Shown: piece after piece, positions 37,103 to 49,605 of the stretch
How the letters are laid out: every line of letters starts with the position of its first letter
Numbering within the stretch: position 1 is the first letter of the stretch
DNA from: Callorhinchus milii
Taxonomy: Eukaryota
Direction of reading: 5' to 3'
DNA length: 64,000 nt
Assembly (NCBI RefSeq): GCF_018977255.1
Contig: NW_024704743.1
Coordinates: 55,740,001-55,804,000, forward strand
The notes under the pieces: generated by a model
Databases searched by the model: none
What the model saw: only the letters and a program-made list of their open reading frames with translations
Told to the model about the DNA's origin: nothing
Translations under genes and position numbers: made by a program

Positions 37103-37352
37103 CAACAACAACAACAAGATTAAATTTCTACAGCGCCTTTCACGTTGGGAGGACGTCCCAAGGCGCTGGACAGTATACAACATTTCAGACCCGAGCTGGG
37201 GTTGGGGGGGAAGAAGGGAGGGGAGGGGAACGGGGGTGGCCGTTGGCATGGTCGAAGAAGAGGGTCTTGAGGCAGGACTTGAAGGAGGCTAAGGAGGGGG
37301 TGAGGCGGAGTGATTGGTGGATGGAATTCCAGAGGTTGGGGACAGAGTGGCA
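37103..37352 (-). mobile_element. L2 3' fragment
   Basis: Near-identical to 9030-9270. Confidence 0.88.
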
Positions 37353-37744
37353 GAGTTTAACCTTAGATAAAGAGAACAAGCAGATTCAGAATAGTTACTT
37401 CCACTTCAAATCTATTCAACTCTATTGCCAATGCCTATGTTATACAATATGTTTCCTTGTCCACTTTTGGTGATCGTACTTAAATTTTTAAGTTGTGCTG
37501 TTTGTGCACATATTATACTGTGCGCAAAACTGGCTGCTGCGTTTCACCTACAAAATACAGTCAATCCACTTTACACTATATCTTGTGAGGCGCTTTGCGA
37601 TCTCTTGACAACGAGAAAAGGCATTATGTCAAATTGAAGGATTATTATTATTATAAAGCGAAGGTCATAATGTCAAAACATCCCAGAAGTTACTTAGTCT
37701 GTACAACTGCTTATGGACGAAAAGGACCCTGCAGCACTTAGGAA

Positions 37745-38190
37745 ATAATAATAAATAATAATAATAATCCTTGCATTTGATATTAACACCTTATCATGTC
37801 ATCAAGACATCTCAAAGCGCTTCACAGGATACTGTAAAGTGGATTGATTGTGTATTTTGTTGGCAAAATGCAGTAGGCAGTGGCACACAGTAATGTCCCA
37901 CAAACAGCCGTGGAGTGAGTTCCCAATTTTATTTGAGGGATTGTTGGCCAGGACACTGGGAGAGAGAAACTTCCTTCTCTTTTCGAACAATGCCACACCT
38001 AACATCCACCATTACAAATGGTTTATAAATGGAATCTTGTTGTTGTTGTTGTTGTACAAGCAGATGGAACCTCGGTTTAATTTTTTATCCGAAGGTACAC
38101 ACCTCCGACATTGCAACACACCTGCAGCACTGCATTGAAATATCATCTTAGACTACGTGATTCCAAGTCCGATGTACGGCTTGAACCCAC

Positions 38191-38221
<31 letters not shown>

Positions 38222-38240
38222 ACTGAGCCAGGCTGACACA
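37745..38240 (-). mobile_element. Full SacSINE1-like SINE with a tiny L2-tail insert (about 38010-38054)
   Basis: Head gtgtcagcctggctcagtggtagcactcttgcctctgagtcagaaggttgtgggttcaag on - strand. Confidence 0.88.
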
Positions 38241-38724
38241 TCAGGGAGAAAGCATTCTGTTATACAACGGAGAGAAAGAATTATATTTCACAATTTTATT
38301 ATAAGCAAATCAAAATACCTTGCCCAATTTGTTCAGTCCTAACAAAGTACATAAATGATTTGGCTATTTACATTCTCATCATGGAACAAGCAGATAGCAT
38401 TAACTAGATAAGGGCATATGCTTTTTGATCTTTTTAAAATAAATCAATTCCTCAGTGGCTCAGTGCATAAATGGCATGCAGCAATAAACTAGAGTTCAGA
38501 AGAACGCAAGAATGGTATATTCACAGTTGATTATTGGGGAATGGGGGTAGAGAAGCAATATCCAGAGTTCTTGCTTTTAATTGCTACCCAGTGATCTTTG
38601 CTGGAAAGTGCTCGTGTGCAAGTTGGGCAAAGGCATGATCTAGCTCTGAAGCCTTTCTTGGTCAAATAGTCTGGCTACACTCATTATTAGAACTAATAAT
38701 AATTAATACTAATAGAGCTAATGT

Positions 38725-39012
38725 GAACCGGGCTCCTTCATGTCCGCTGCCTCACTCACCCCACTATTGACGGGCAGGCATTCTGCCACTCTACTCCCAA
38801 TGTCTAGAACTCCATCGCAGTCCCTCCGCCTCGGCCCCTCCCTTACCTCCTTCAAGACCCATCTCAAGACCCTCCTCTTCGACCGTGTTTTCGATCACCC
38901 TGCTTCACCCCTGCCCTCCACCCTCCCCGACCCCTGAAACTCTGTCTGTCCAGCATCTTGGGACATCCTCCCGACGTGAAAGGCACTATACAAACGTAAC
39001 TATGTTGTTGTT
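38725..39012 (+). mobile_element. L2 3' fragment
   Basis: SFKTHLKTLLFDR, tail (TTG)n. Confidence 0.85.
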
Positions 39013-39899
39013 GGGTGATTCATGCAAATTATTGTAAGGAACACGGAAACATAATCCAACATTGAAAGAAGTCCATGCGATCATTAGGAGGCAACATATT
39101 ATTGACAGTCAGCTTGTACATTCAAAAATATAAAAGCCAATTCAAAGAGTTCCCAGCATAACAGCTGCAAATATTGCAGGAAAATCAAAAAGTGACAAAT
39201 AAGGCAATGAGACAAAAGGAAAATAAAATACAACCACTCCTGTATGTTGGCACTACTTTTCAAGTGATTCTGTCTTGTTCATACTTCCACTACACTGCTC
39301 TGATTCACACAGAGAGAACTAGCCCACTTGGTCACCTCCTGCCATGCACAACTCTACTTGTTGCATACTAGGAATTCTAGGGCCTCCCCAGACAATTCCT
39401 CCCCAAGTTTTCAAGACAGCATTTACAAGGGTCTGCTGGAAAACCGTTGTTTTCTTATCCTGCCTACAACCATTCCCGGTAGTGCTAAATTCTGCACTCC
39501 ACAGCTGGATAGCAGACAAATTTATGTGCTTCACACCTTGTTAAGGTCTTTGCTAAGCGTAAAATCCTCATTACTAGCCTAGCCATTGGATGTAGTGAGG
39601 GTGTTAAAATATGTTACTCCCATTTCTCACAGCAGAATGTTTGGCACAACAAAATGGCACTATATCCATAGTGCCCACAAATAGTTACTTACCGTAATGC
39701 ATGGTTTTGGAATTTGATAGAACATCTTGCCGATTGTTCCTATTAGGTATTGTGGAACATTGGTCTCACAGTGAGTTTCTTTCCAGACTGTTAACAACAA
39801 CAACAACACGTTTCACGTAGAATGAATGTCTCAAAGTATGGAGTACTGAGCAGGGAGAATGAGAGATATTGACTATCAGCACGGTTGAAATGTTTTTTT

Positions 39900-40505
39900 G
39901 TTCAACTCAGGATGGTTCCCCTGAGAAGATGCTGCTGGGTCTTCTCTTGGAACCACTGTAGTCCTTGTGGCGATGGTGCTTCTTCAATGGAGTTGGGTGG
40001 ATATTTCCAGGATTTTGACCCAGTGACAATGAAGTATTTGTCCAAGTCTGGATGGTGAGTGATTTGGAGGTGGTGACACTCCTATTATCCCACTGCTCTT
40101 GTTTATCTGGATGGTGGAAATTGCGGGCATATGAGGTGCTGTCAAAGGAAAGTTGATGATTTGCTGCATTGCATTTTGTAGATACAATAACAACTTGTAT
40201 TTATATAGCCCCCTCACGCAGTGTAGAATCCCAGAGTGCTTGTAGTACACACTTGGGAGATAGAGAGATAATGAAAGAGACAGTGAATCCTGGATTTCTA
40301 CTGGATGGTGTCGAGCTTTTCAAATGTTTAGCTGCACCCATCAAAATGAATAAATAATATTCCTCCACAATCCTGACTCCAGCCTTGTAGATTGTGGAGA
40401 GACTTTGAAGAGTTAGGAAGTGAGGCACTATTTGCAAAGTACTTAGTCTCTGTCCCACTATTATGGGCGTGTTGTTGATGTGGCTGGCCCAGTTAAGCTT
40501 AATAT
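39900..40505 (-). mobile_element. CR1-group non-LTR retrotransposon 3' fragment, a different family from the main L2
   Basis: ORF 40201-40644 contains KLNWASHIN...LSTIYKAGVRIVEEY, an RT-thumb-like motif. Confidence 0.75.
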
Positions 40506-40835
40506 TGTAAAGCGAACCAGGATCGGAAAGGAGTATGCACACATCAAACCCGTAATTCAGCAATTCAGGTTTATTTGTACAAGAGAATGTTTTACTGGCC
40601 TTAGAGTCTCTGGCACACAAAAACTCTTCCAACCTCTCGCTCACTATGTTTCCACTCAGCTCAGGCTCACAGTACTCATTCCTGCTCTCAACAAGCCAGT
40701 CTCCTCTGAACCATGTGATTAGGCTGTAGTCTGCCTTTGCCCTTCGCTCCAGCCAGCAGCACCTGCTGGGGGCTTCTTGGGGGCTTGGTCAACCCATTTA
40801 TGCGAGGACAGACCCCACCTCCCCTCTCCAGTACA
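40506..40835 (-). mobile_element. Solo LTR
   Basis: TGTA...TACA termini, 330 bp, AATAAA on - strand, near-TSD ATAT/ATGT. Confidence 0.6.
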
Positions 40836-41804
40836 ATGTGAAAGCCCAACTTAGCCACCTTCCACAGTGCTAGTTCAGACTCTGTTACAAGATATATGTT
40901 TATGGTAAATATTTGATGAAGATAATGTGTTGACCAATTACAAAATGGCCCAGTACTCATTAGGTGAAGGTTATCTGTATTTATCAAATGTGAGTCCTCT
41001 GTTACTTGTACTTATTGCTTGCTGCAGTTTGGAAAGGTGAGACGGGCTGGGGATGGACAGACCCACACCTGCAGTCAAAGGTATTTTTGTTAACTTAACT
41101 GTACATGCACGTTAATGGGCCAGAATCTTCTGGTATTCAAAATAATAATCCTTGCATTTGTTATAATCATGCTCTGCATTTGAAGACCTTCCTGTAACTA
41201 CAGTCAATTCCTTTCCCTCCCTGGGTTGAAAATGTGTCACAGAATATACTGTGAAGTGTCATGTTTATATACTGTATTTTGCAGACGAATGTGGCAGCCA
41301 TTGTGCACCCAGCAATGTCCTACAAACACCCATAAAGTGAGTGACCCATTTTATTTGGGGATTGTTGGCTAGGACATTGGGAGAAACTCCCTTCTCTTTT
41401 TGAATAGTGCCATGGGATCTTTAACATCCACCTGAACAGGCAGTCAGGACCTTAGTTTAATGTCTCATCCATTCTTCTTCCTTCAGACAGACCTAGCCAG
41501 TGCTTTGATGTAGAAACTTAATAAAAGCTTCCAATTGAGGAATGGAAGTTGGGGAGACAAATGATTACAAAGGGAATTCTCTATAACATTTCTCCACCAG
41601 AATAAAAACGTAACATTTATTCCTTGCCCAAGTTTATCTGGGGAGTTTGTTGCTTCATATCCAATTCATCCATTCAGCAGCAAAAAAATCCAACAGTCCA
41701 ATTACAGTATAATAGAGGAGTATTTAACTCACTTAATAAAACTGTGAGCACATATAGCTCAGTAAAAAAAAACTCTTAAATTTGTTTCCCAATAACTGCT
41801 CTCT

Positions 41805-42100
41805 GAGTCCTGTAGCTCGGTGGTTAGAGCACTCGTCTCGCATGCGAGAGACCTGGGTTTGATTCCCGGAAGGGCGAAACCTTACTCCACGCACCTGATA
41901 ATAATCCCTCAAGAAAGACATCCAATAATAAAATTGGTCACTTCAATTCGCGACTGTTTATCCGACACTGCTGTGCACAATTGGCTGCTGCGTTTCAACC
42001 ACAAATACAGTCAATTCACTTACACTATATTCTGTGAAGCGCTTTGAGATGTCTAGAAGGCGTGAAAAGCGCTATATCAAATCAAGGATTATTATTATTC
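41805..42100 (+). mobile_element. tRNA-Ala-headed SINE
   Basis: Full head and tail. Confidence 0.9.
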
Positions 42101-42769
42101 ACTAAAGTAGCCATCTTTTTGCCTTGTAATAATAATAATCATTGCATTTAATATTGACATCAGGAGGATGTCTCAAAGCACTTCACAGGGTTTTATTTTA
42201 CTGTGAATTGTAGTCACTGTGTATTTTGTAGATGAGCACAACCATGTGTATGAAGTTTCTACCTATTCCCTTCATTATTGAGAAGTGTTGCTGATGATGG
42301 GTCATTCGCTGCTCATGAATTGTGTAGGTTTGCAGTTGATCATGGTTTTTCTTTAGTTCACTTCTTCCTGATATGACTCTCATATTCCCAAATATAATAT
42401 ATATACACATATAATATTTGGAATGCTAGCCATCAAATACATTAATTTTTTATTTAGCAATCTGTTATTTACACAGAGACTATTTCCCAATTATTGACTC
42501 AGCCTTCACTCTCGCAATCAGGGCTCTGAAAGATTATATTTTAACTTACATTTTAATTATTTCTCATAAAGGAAATACAAATGTCTATCTTTTTGTCTCA
42601 TTGATAGTGACTATAAATGATAAATAATTATCCTTTCATTTTAGATAACACCTTCATGTCAGGAGGATGTCTCAAAGCATTTCACGGGATTTACAGTGTA
42701 GTGACTCCTTTTTGGGCAACTGTGGCAGCTAATTTGTACACCAAAGGCACCAGGAGAAACGCCCTTTGC

Positions 42770-43088
42770 ATAATAATAATAATAATCCTTGCATTTGATA
42801 TACCGCTCTTCACGTCTTCTCGATGTCTCAAAGCGCTTCACAGAATACACTGTAAAGTGAATTGACTGTATATTTGTGGGCGAAACGTGGCAGCTAATTG
42901 CACGCAGCAGTGTCCCACAAACAGTCGTGGATTGAAAATGACCAATTTATTATTGTTTTGTTTTGGAGGGATTATTATTAGGTGTGTGGAGTAAGGAAAC
43001 TTGCCCAAGGTTTCGCCCTGCCTGGAATTGAACCCAGGTGTCTCGCTTGCAAGGCGAGTGCGCTAACCACTGAGCTACAGGACTCCAC
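42770..43088 (-). mobile_element. tRNA-Ala-headed SINE
   Basis: Full head and tail in reverse. Confidence 0.92.
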
Positions 43089-44429
43089 CATAAATAACAT
43101 AAATATGAATACATTATAATGCCACAGGTTCACTGTTCAGTGGCAGAATTGCGGGTATGTTTTGTTTATTAAATCAAAGAATAAGCTCATGTATTGAGGA
43201 TCCCCTGATACCAAGATAAAGTGCGTAAGGCTAAATGCCAGTATTTTCAAAAGCTTACATATTGACACTGTAAAAATATATATAGATCCAATTAACAATA
43301 TCATAATAATAATCCTTGCATTCAATTTTGTGCCTTATCATATTATCACATTGTTGAGATGACTCACAGCGATTCACAGGATTTACTGTGCCGTGCATAT
43401 TCCCAAATTGAAATAAATGAAGCAGAATATTATTTTTAATATATTAATACTACAATCATGGTGTAAAGTTTATACTTAACTGTTATTCATTTTAATATGA
43501 CATTTATTCAACATATCTTCAGAACCTACATGGCAAGCTCAATAAAGAGTTAAATGCCCACTGCTACTGTGGGTAAATACCATATAAATGTAATTGAGTG
43601 TCTGGTATAAATATATTTGGGTAGCATGTGATCTACAAAATATTACATTGCTAACTGAAACTGAGAACGGACTTATAGTAAAAAAAAGTTTGTGAAAGCA
43701 TGGTTGCACTCCTTTGCTATAGAAAGAAAAATATACAGCTGAGAATGGGCCCGAAGCTGTTTCCTCTGAATTTACTAACCGTGAAGCTTTGGGTTGCTTC
43801 ACTGACTTTCATTGATCTCCTTAGATTCATGTCTTCAATAGGATGTTGCAGATGTGACTTGATGCGGAAGAGATGCACTTTGTTGCTCTCATGAAGCACT
43901 GAATATTTCAGCCTTGAACAGTAAGGCCTTTGCAATCCTGTACTATCCAAGCACTGCAACCAAAGATCCATTCATTCCATAGCTTTGCAAGATCATAGCA
44001 TGAGAGGCCCTAAAATGAATGGTTGTGTTGACACTGGAGCAACTGCTTCTTTTTATTGTGTCATAAACATTTTACAACTATAAGCTTCTAGGGAACGACA
44101 AACATGCAACAGATGCAGTTCAATAAAAACGTTGGTGAAATTATTTTAATTATTCGGACAAATAGTAAACCAACATGACCCTTTATATGTAACTTATCAT
44201 CAGCACCAATTAAATGCTACATTGATAGTTTTCTGGCAAGAAAAATGTGCCAGTGAATCAGTTCAAACTGAAGACAGTGTAATTCAGCGGTGCTGTCTGG
44301 TAACCTAGTGTTTTCTGTATAACAAAGATAATATATTTGAGAGGCTAGTTTACTGTAATTGAAATAATAAGGATAGCAGTGGCACACACATGATTAGCTG
44401 GATAGTATCCTAGTGTCAATTCAAACTCA

Positions 44430-44970
44430 AACACATTCTTCGCCGGTCTTTCCAGTTCCACTATTCAAAAAATCCAGCTCATTCAGAACTCTGCGGCCCG
44501 CATTACTGACCTGAACCAAACTGTGCACCCCCATCTCACCAGTTCTGGCCAGGCACCACTGGCTCCCCATCACTGAATGGATTGACTTCAGGATACTCAC
44601 ATTGGGTTCAAATCCCTTTACTCCCTGGCACCTCCTTACCTCTCTGACCTCCTCACTCTCCAATCCACCACCTGGTGCCTCCGCTCGACTGGCACCGGCC
44701 TCCTGCTCGTCCCTCGCACCCGCTGCTCCACCATTGGAGGTTGCAGAATCAGCCACTACGCCCTGAAACTCTGGAACACTCCTTCTCAATCCCTCCGCCT
44801 TGCCCCCTCTCTTCCTTTTTTCAAGTCCTGCCTGAAAACCTTCCTTTTCATCCGTGATTATGGTTACCTCCCACCCTCCACCCCGGCTTGGGGTCAGACT
44901 CTGCCACTGTTAAGTACTCTGAAACGCTACCCTGCATGGAGGGCGCTATATAAGTGCAAGTTGGTATTGT
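44430..44970 (+). mobile_element. L2 3' fragment (same subfamily as 6240-7360)
   Basis: STIQKIQLIQNSAA and HWLP motifs; tail gggcgctatataagtgcaag. Confidence 0.88.
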
Positions 44971-45404
44971 CCCAAAAAATTCTAGATTTGTACGTCTCTA
45001 TTTTTCCACTGTACATTGTTTGTAAGTGATGTATAGAAAATGCCTGGTATGTTACCAGTCTGAAAAAAAGTTGAAGGAGTTTGATGGGCATAAATTGAGC
45101 CTATCCCTTGCACAGATGATATGCAATTTTTCTCTATCCGTAAATTTATTCAGACTTATTTAATATCCAGATGGAGAGCTCCAATGTCTCCATGATACCC
45201 AAAATCATTCAAGCAAAACTTTATCTACTGAACTTAATACATCACTACCTTCTTTCCAAGGCATTACATAATCTCAGCAACTTCATAAAATTTCTGTTCC
45301 ATAAAATATTTGATCATCTCCACCGATACACACTCTAATCTTCAAAACTGCTCCTAACCAAGCAATATCTCACACTTATCTGACAATCCAACTGTGTAGA
45401 TTGA

Positions 45405-45700
45405 TACTCCAATAGTGCTGAGTGCTGCAATGTTGAAAGTGCTATCTTTTGGATGAGACATGAAACAGAGGTCCTGACAGTTTTTTCAGATGGATATTAA
45501 AGGTCCCAAGGCACCATTCAGAAAGAGAGTTTCTCCCAGTGTTCTGACCAATGATCCCCCAACTAAATTGATCATTCATAGCTGTTTGTGGGACTTTGCT
45601 ATATACAAATTGGATGCCTCTTGGAAGCTACCCTGTGTGAGGGGCACTATATAAATGCAAGTTGTTGTTACGAATTGGCTGCCAAATTTGCTTACATATT
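45405..45700 (+). mobile_element. Deu-domain SINE with nested ~50 bp L2 tail
   Basis: aattgg(a/c)tgcc repeated on both sides of the insert at about 45620-45670. Confidence 0.75.
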
Positions 45701-45806
45701 CTCAGAGTATGCTTATTCAGCTTGATGGTATAGATTCCATGGTACTATTGTAAAAGGGAAGGGGGTTTCTCTTGATAAAAACATTGATCATTCACTTCAT
45801 GGCTTG

Positions 45807-46122
45807 TGGAGTCCTGTAGCTCAGTGGTTAGAGAACTTGCCTCGCAAGCAAGAGACCTAGGTTCGATTCCCAGCAGGGTGAAACCTTGGCCAAGTTTCTT
45901 TACTCCACACGCCTGATAATAATTCCTCAAGAAAAAAAAACAATAAATTGGTCACTTCAAACCACCACTGTTTGTGGGACACTGGTGTGCGCAATTGACT
46001 GCCGGGTTTCGCTCACAAATATACAGTCAATTCACTTTACAGTATATTCTGTGAAGCGCTTTGAGACGTCTAGAAGACGTGATAAGGCGCTATATCAAAT
46101 GCAAGGATTATTATTATTATTA
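45807..46122 (+). mobile_element. tRNA-Ala-headed SINE
   Basis: Full head and tail; further tail-only copies follow to about 46690. Confidence 0.92.
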
Positions 46123-46249
46123 TGGCTGTTTGTGAGATGTTGCTGTGCGCATATTAGCTGCCATGTTCACCTTCAATTACACAGTCAGTACATACACAAT
46201 AAATCCTGTGAAGCTCTTTGAGAAGTTTGGCAACATTATGAATCCATGA

Positions 46250-46339
<90 letters not shown>

Positions 46340-46956
46340 TGAGATGTTTCGAAGACATGATAAAATGATATATCAAATGCAAGGATTAGTATTTTCTGAA
46401 AAGAAATCTATTAATCTCCCGTTCTGCTTGAAGCTTGTTTAGATTGTAGTTTTATATAATAACAATCCTTGCATTTGATGTAGCACGTTATCATTTGTTG
46501 AGACCTCTCAAATGTTTCACAAGATACACCGTCAAGTGGAGTGACTGCGTGTTTTATGGGCGAAATGCGGCAGCCAATTGTGCACAGCAACAAACAGTTG
46601 TGGGTTGAGTGACCAAATTATTATTTTTAAAAAAAATTTGAACGGATTATTACCCCTGGAAAGTGATTCACCAATCAACTAATAACCAGTTAATATTATA
46701 TTAAAAGTTCTGTGCTTCCAATCCAAATTAACTATCCTGCTCACATTTGCATTTTCGTTTTTCAACTTTGTCGCAAAATCTGTTGACTTTCATTATTTTA
46801 AAGACTTGAATTGTGATCTTACCCAAGTCTTGTATTCTCCAATTAAAGCAAACTCAAAAACAGTAAGTATAAAGTCTGGCTATTTTATAATATCATAAGA
46901 AATAAGACGTTGGGTTAAAGCCTAAACTGCATATTCCTTGTTGCTGAAAAATACTT

Positions 46957-47124
46957 TTAGCTTTTGAAGGAATCTTGGCATTTCTGTAATGAGATCAATT
47001 GTTTCATATGTTCACAGGGCTATAAAAAAATGTTCGAACAACTTTAACTCGATTTAAAATGATGTTCTTGTGTATGTAAAATGTAATTTCACATTTGAAA
47101 TGCCAAGATTCCTTCAAAAGCTAA
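46957..47124. repeat. Perfect 28 bp inverted repeat with 112 bp spacer
   Basis: ttagcttttgaaggaatcttggcatttc / gaaatgccaagattccttcaaaagctaa. Confidence 0.9.
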
Positions 47125-47329
47125 GAATTTATTTGAAGGACCGTTTCCCAGCATTTAAGACTTGAAATGCTTCGCAGTGTTAACTTTAAAAGCATTGTCT
47201 CAGGTTTTAAGATTGTTGTCTTAAAATGCAACTGTGAATATAACTAAAAGAACTGAAGAAAAACAACTTCCAAGTTGAGACTGAATTTAAGAATTTTCAA
47301 AAATTCTGCATAATCTTATCTTTTTAAAT

Positions 47330-47640
47330 AAATAATAATAATCCTTGCATTTGATATAGCGCTTTTCACATCTTCTAGACGTCTCTAAGCACTTCACAGA
47401 ATAGACCGTAAAGTGAATTGACTGTATAATTGTGGGTGAAATGCGGCAGCCAATTGTGCACAGCAGTGTCCCACAAATGGTCATGGATTGAAATGACAAA
47501 TTTATTGTTGTGTTTTTTTGAGGGATTATTATCAGGCGTGTGGAGTAAGGAAACTTGCCCAAGGTTTCACCCTGCTGGGAATCAAACACAGGTCTCTCGC
47601 TTGCAAAGCGGGTGCTCTAACCACTGAGCTACAGGACTTC
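47330..47640 (-). mobile_element. tRNA-Ala-headed SINE
   Basis: Full head and tail in reverse. Confidence 0.9.
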
Positions 47641-49234
47641 ACAATGCTTTTAATGCTAACTCCATAAGAAATATCAGACTTCTAACATGCAGAGGTATCT
47701 AGTTTTAATAGTTTTCTAGCGCTCTGAGACACTGCCCCGTGTGAAGGGCGCTATATAAATGCTATTTATTGTTGTTGATAATATTACAAATAATTAACTG
47801 AGCTATCTCGTAACACTAAAAATCATTGCACTGAACTGTTCACCAACATGGTCTGAAGACAAGGTACAAGCGACAGATATCACAAGATATACAGAGATGA
47901 CAACGGAACTCAATTGAAACCAAAAGGACGATTTGACCCTTTATCCAGATGGTAACACACAGAACTTATTTTCAATTATAAATTTTTTTTTAGTTTTAGA
48001 AATGAAATGCAATTTTTCTTTCTTGTTAGATTTTGTATTACTCATTGGCTTTGCTTCTGTACTTCTTGGTGTGTACTAACAAAACTCAAATGACAATTGA
48101 ATTATTTACAATTTTTGTTCATGCGAGATATAAAATGTCATGGTAAATTGGACATAAACTGTGTGAAGATATTTTGATATAAGATTTTCTAATATTTGTC
48201 TTGGAACAAATATGGAGAACTAGATGAATGCTTTGTTTCTGTGCTATGTAAAATATAACCGTAAAAAGGGTTTATGCATCACCAACACATATCTGAACAC
48301 TTCTATGTGACAATTTTGGTTTCAAACTATTTGCAATAAATTGTAGCCGTTTAATTCCCTACCTCACTGCAGCACCTTCTGGCCAGTAAACCTTTCTACT
48401 CTTCAGGACTTACATAACAGTTAGTACTGTTCATTCAGGTCTAATAGGACACAATTGAGACAGTCTGAATTCATTCCATCTTTGTCTCATGGGAAGTGAG
48501 TTTATCGCTCATCCTTGGACTGGATTTCAGCTACAGGAGTGAAAAGCATTACTTGCTGTTCTACAATCCACTTCCGGCTTTGTGGCTCTAAGTTCCACAG
48601 GCCACATTTGTGCTAGACTTGGTCTAATCCTGTGCATAAATTCTGTCAGGCCAACCACAAAAACTGAAAAATTAGGTGTTTCTTACATTTTATGTATAGG
48701 ATATTCTTTCCAATGTTTTGAGCTAAATTAGCGCTCATGCAATAAAATGAGTAAATGGAGACTTTTGAAGTGTTTTGAAAGGAATTGGCTTGATTCCTAT
48801 TCAGCAGAGACTTAGGGAATATGGGAGAACAGTAAAATATGCTCAGATTTGGCAGTGACACAGAATCTGGTTGTCAGGAGGAACTAGATGGGTTGAATGG
48901 CCTCAACGGGATTATTTTAAGATCATATGTTTTATTTGCTTATGGTATTGGATGCATCACTTGAAAAGGAATTTACACATTTCAAAGGGGGCATTGCCTT
49001 TTTGAAAGAGTATTGGCAAACATACGTTTAAGGAAAAGTAAAAAGAGCATCTACTAAGGCAGTAATAAAAGTGTCTTGAAACTGAGTGTTTTGAGTAAAA
49101 AAAGAAAAAGGTTTAGCAATGCTTTCCAATGACTTCCATGACACCTAATGAGACATCACTCCACAAAATGTGTCCTGTACCATATCTAGCATTTAAAATT
49201 CTTTAGAAATACTTTGAGAAATTTTGTATCAGTT

Positions 49235-49605
49235 GCTTGCTCTCTCTCAGTCAGGAAGCTGTGGATTCGAGTCCTACATCAGAATATGAGCTCAGACTTT
49301 GGACTTGACATTTACTCCAGTTCAGTGCTTAGGGAATGCTGTATTGTTGGAGGTGTGTCTGTTAGATCAGATATTAAACCTAGGGCCATTTAGTCTGTTT
49401 TAGTGAATTAAAGGAATGATAAAAGATTCTATGGCACTATTTGGAAGGGGAAGGATTTCTCCTGGTGCCCCAGGCCAGTATTTGTTTGCTTACAAAATAC
49501 ATAGTGACTACACTTTGCAGTATGTCCTCTGAAATGCTTTTGGAAGTCCTCTCGAGATGAAAAGCGGAATATTAAATTTAAATATTATTATTATTATTAT
49601 TATTC
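49235..49605 (+). mobile_element. Old SacSINE1-like SINE
   Basis: B box ggattcgagtcc, Deu motifs, (ATT)n tail. Confidence 0.75.
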
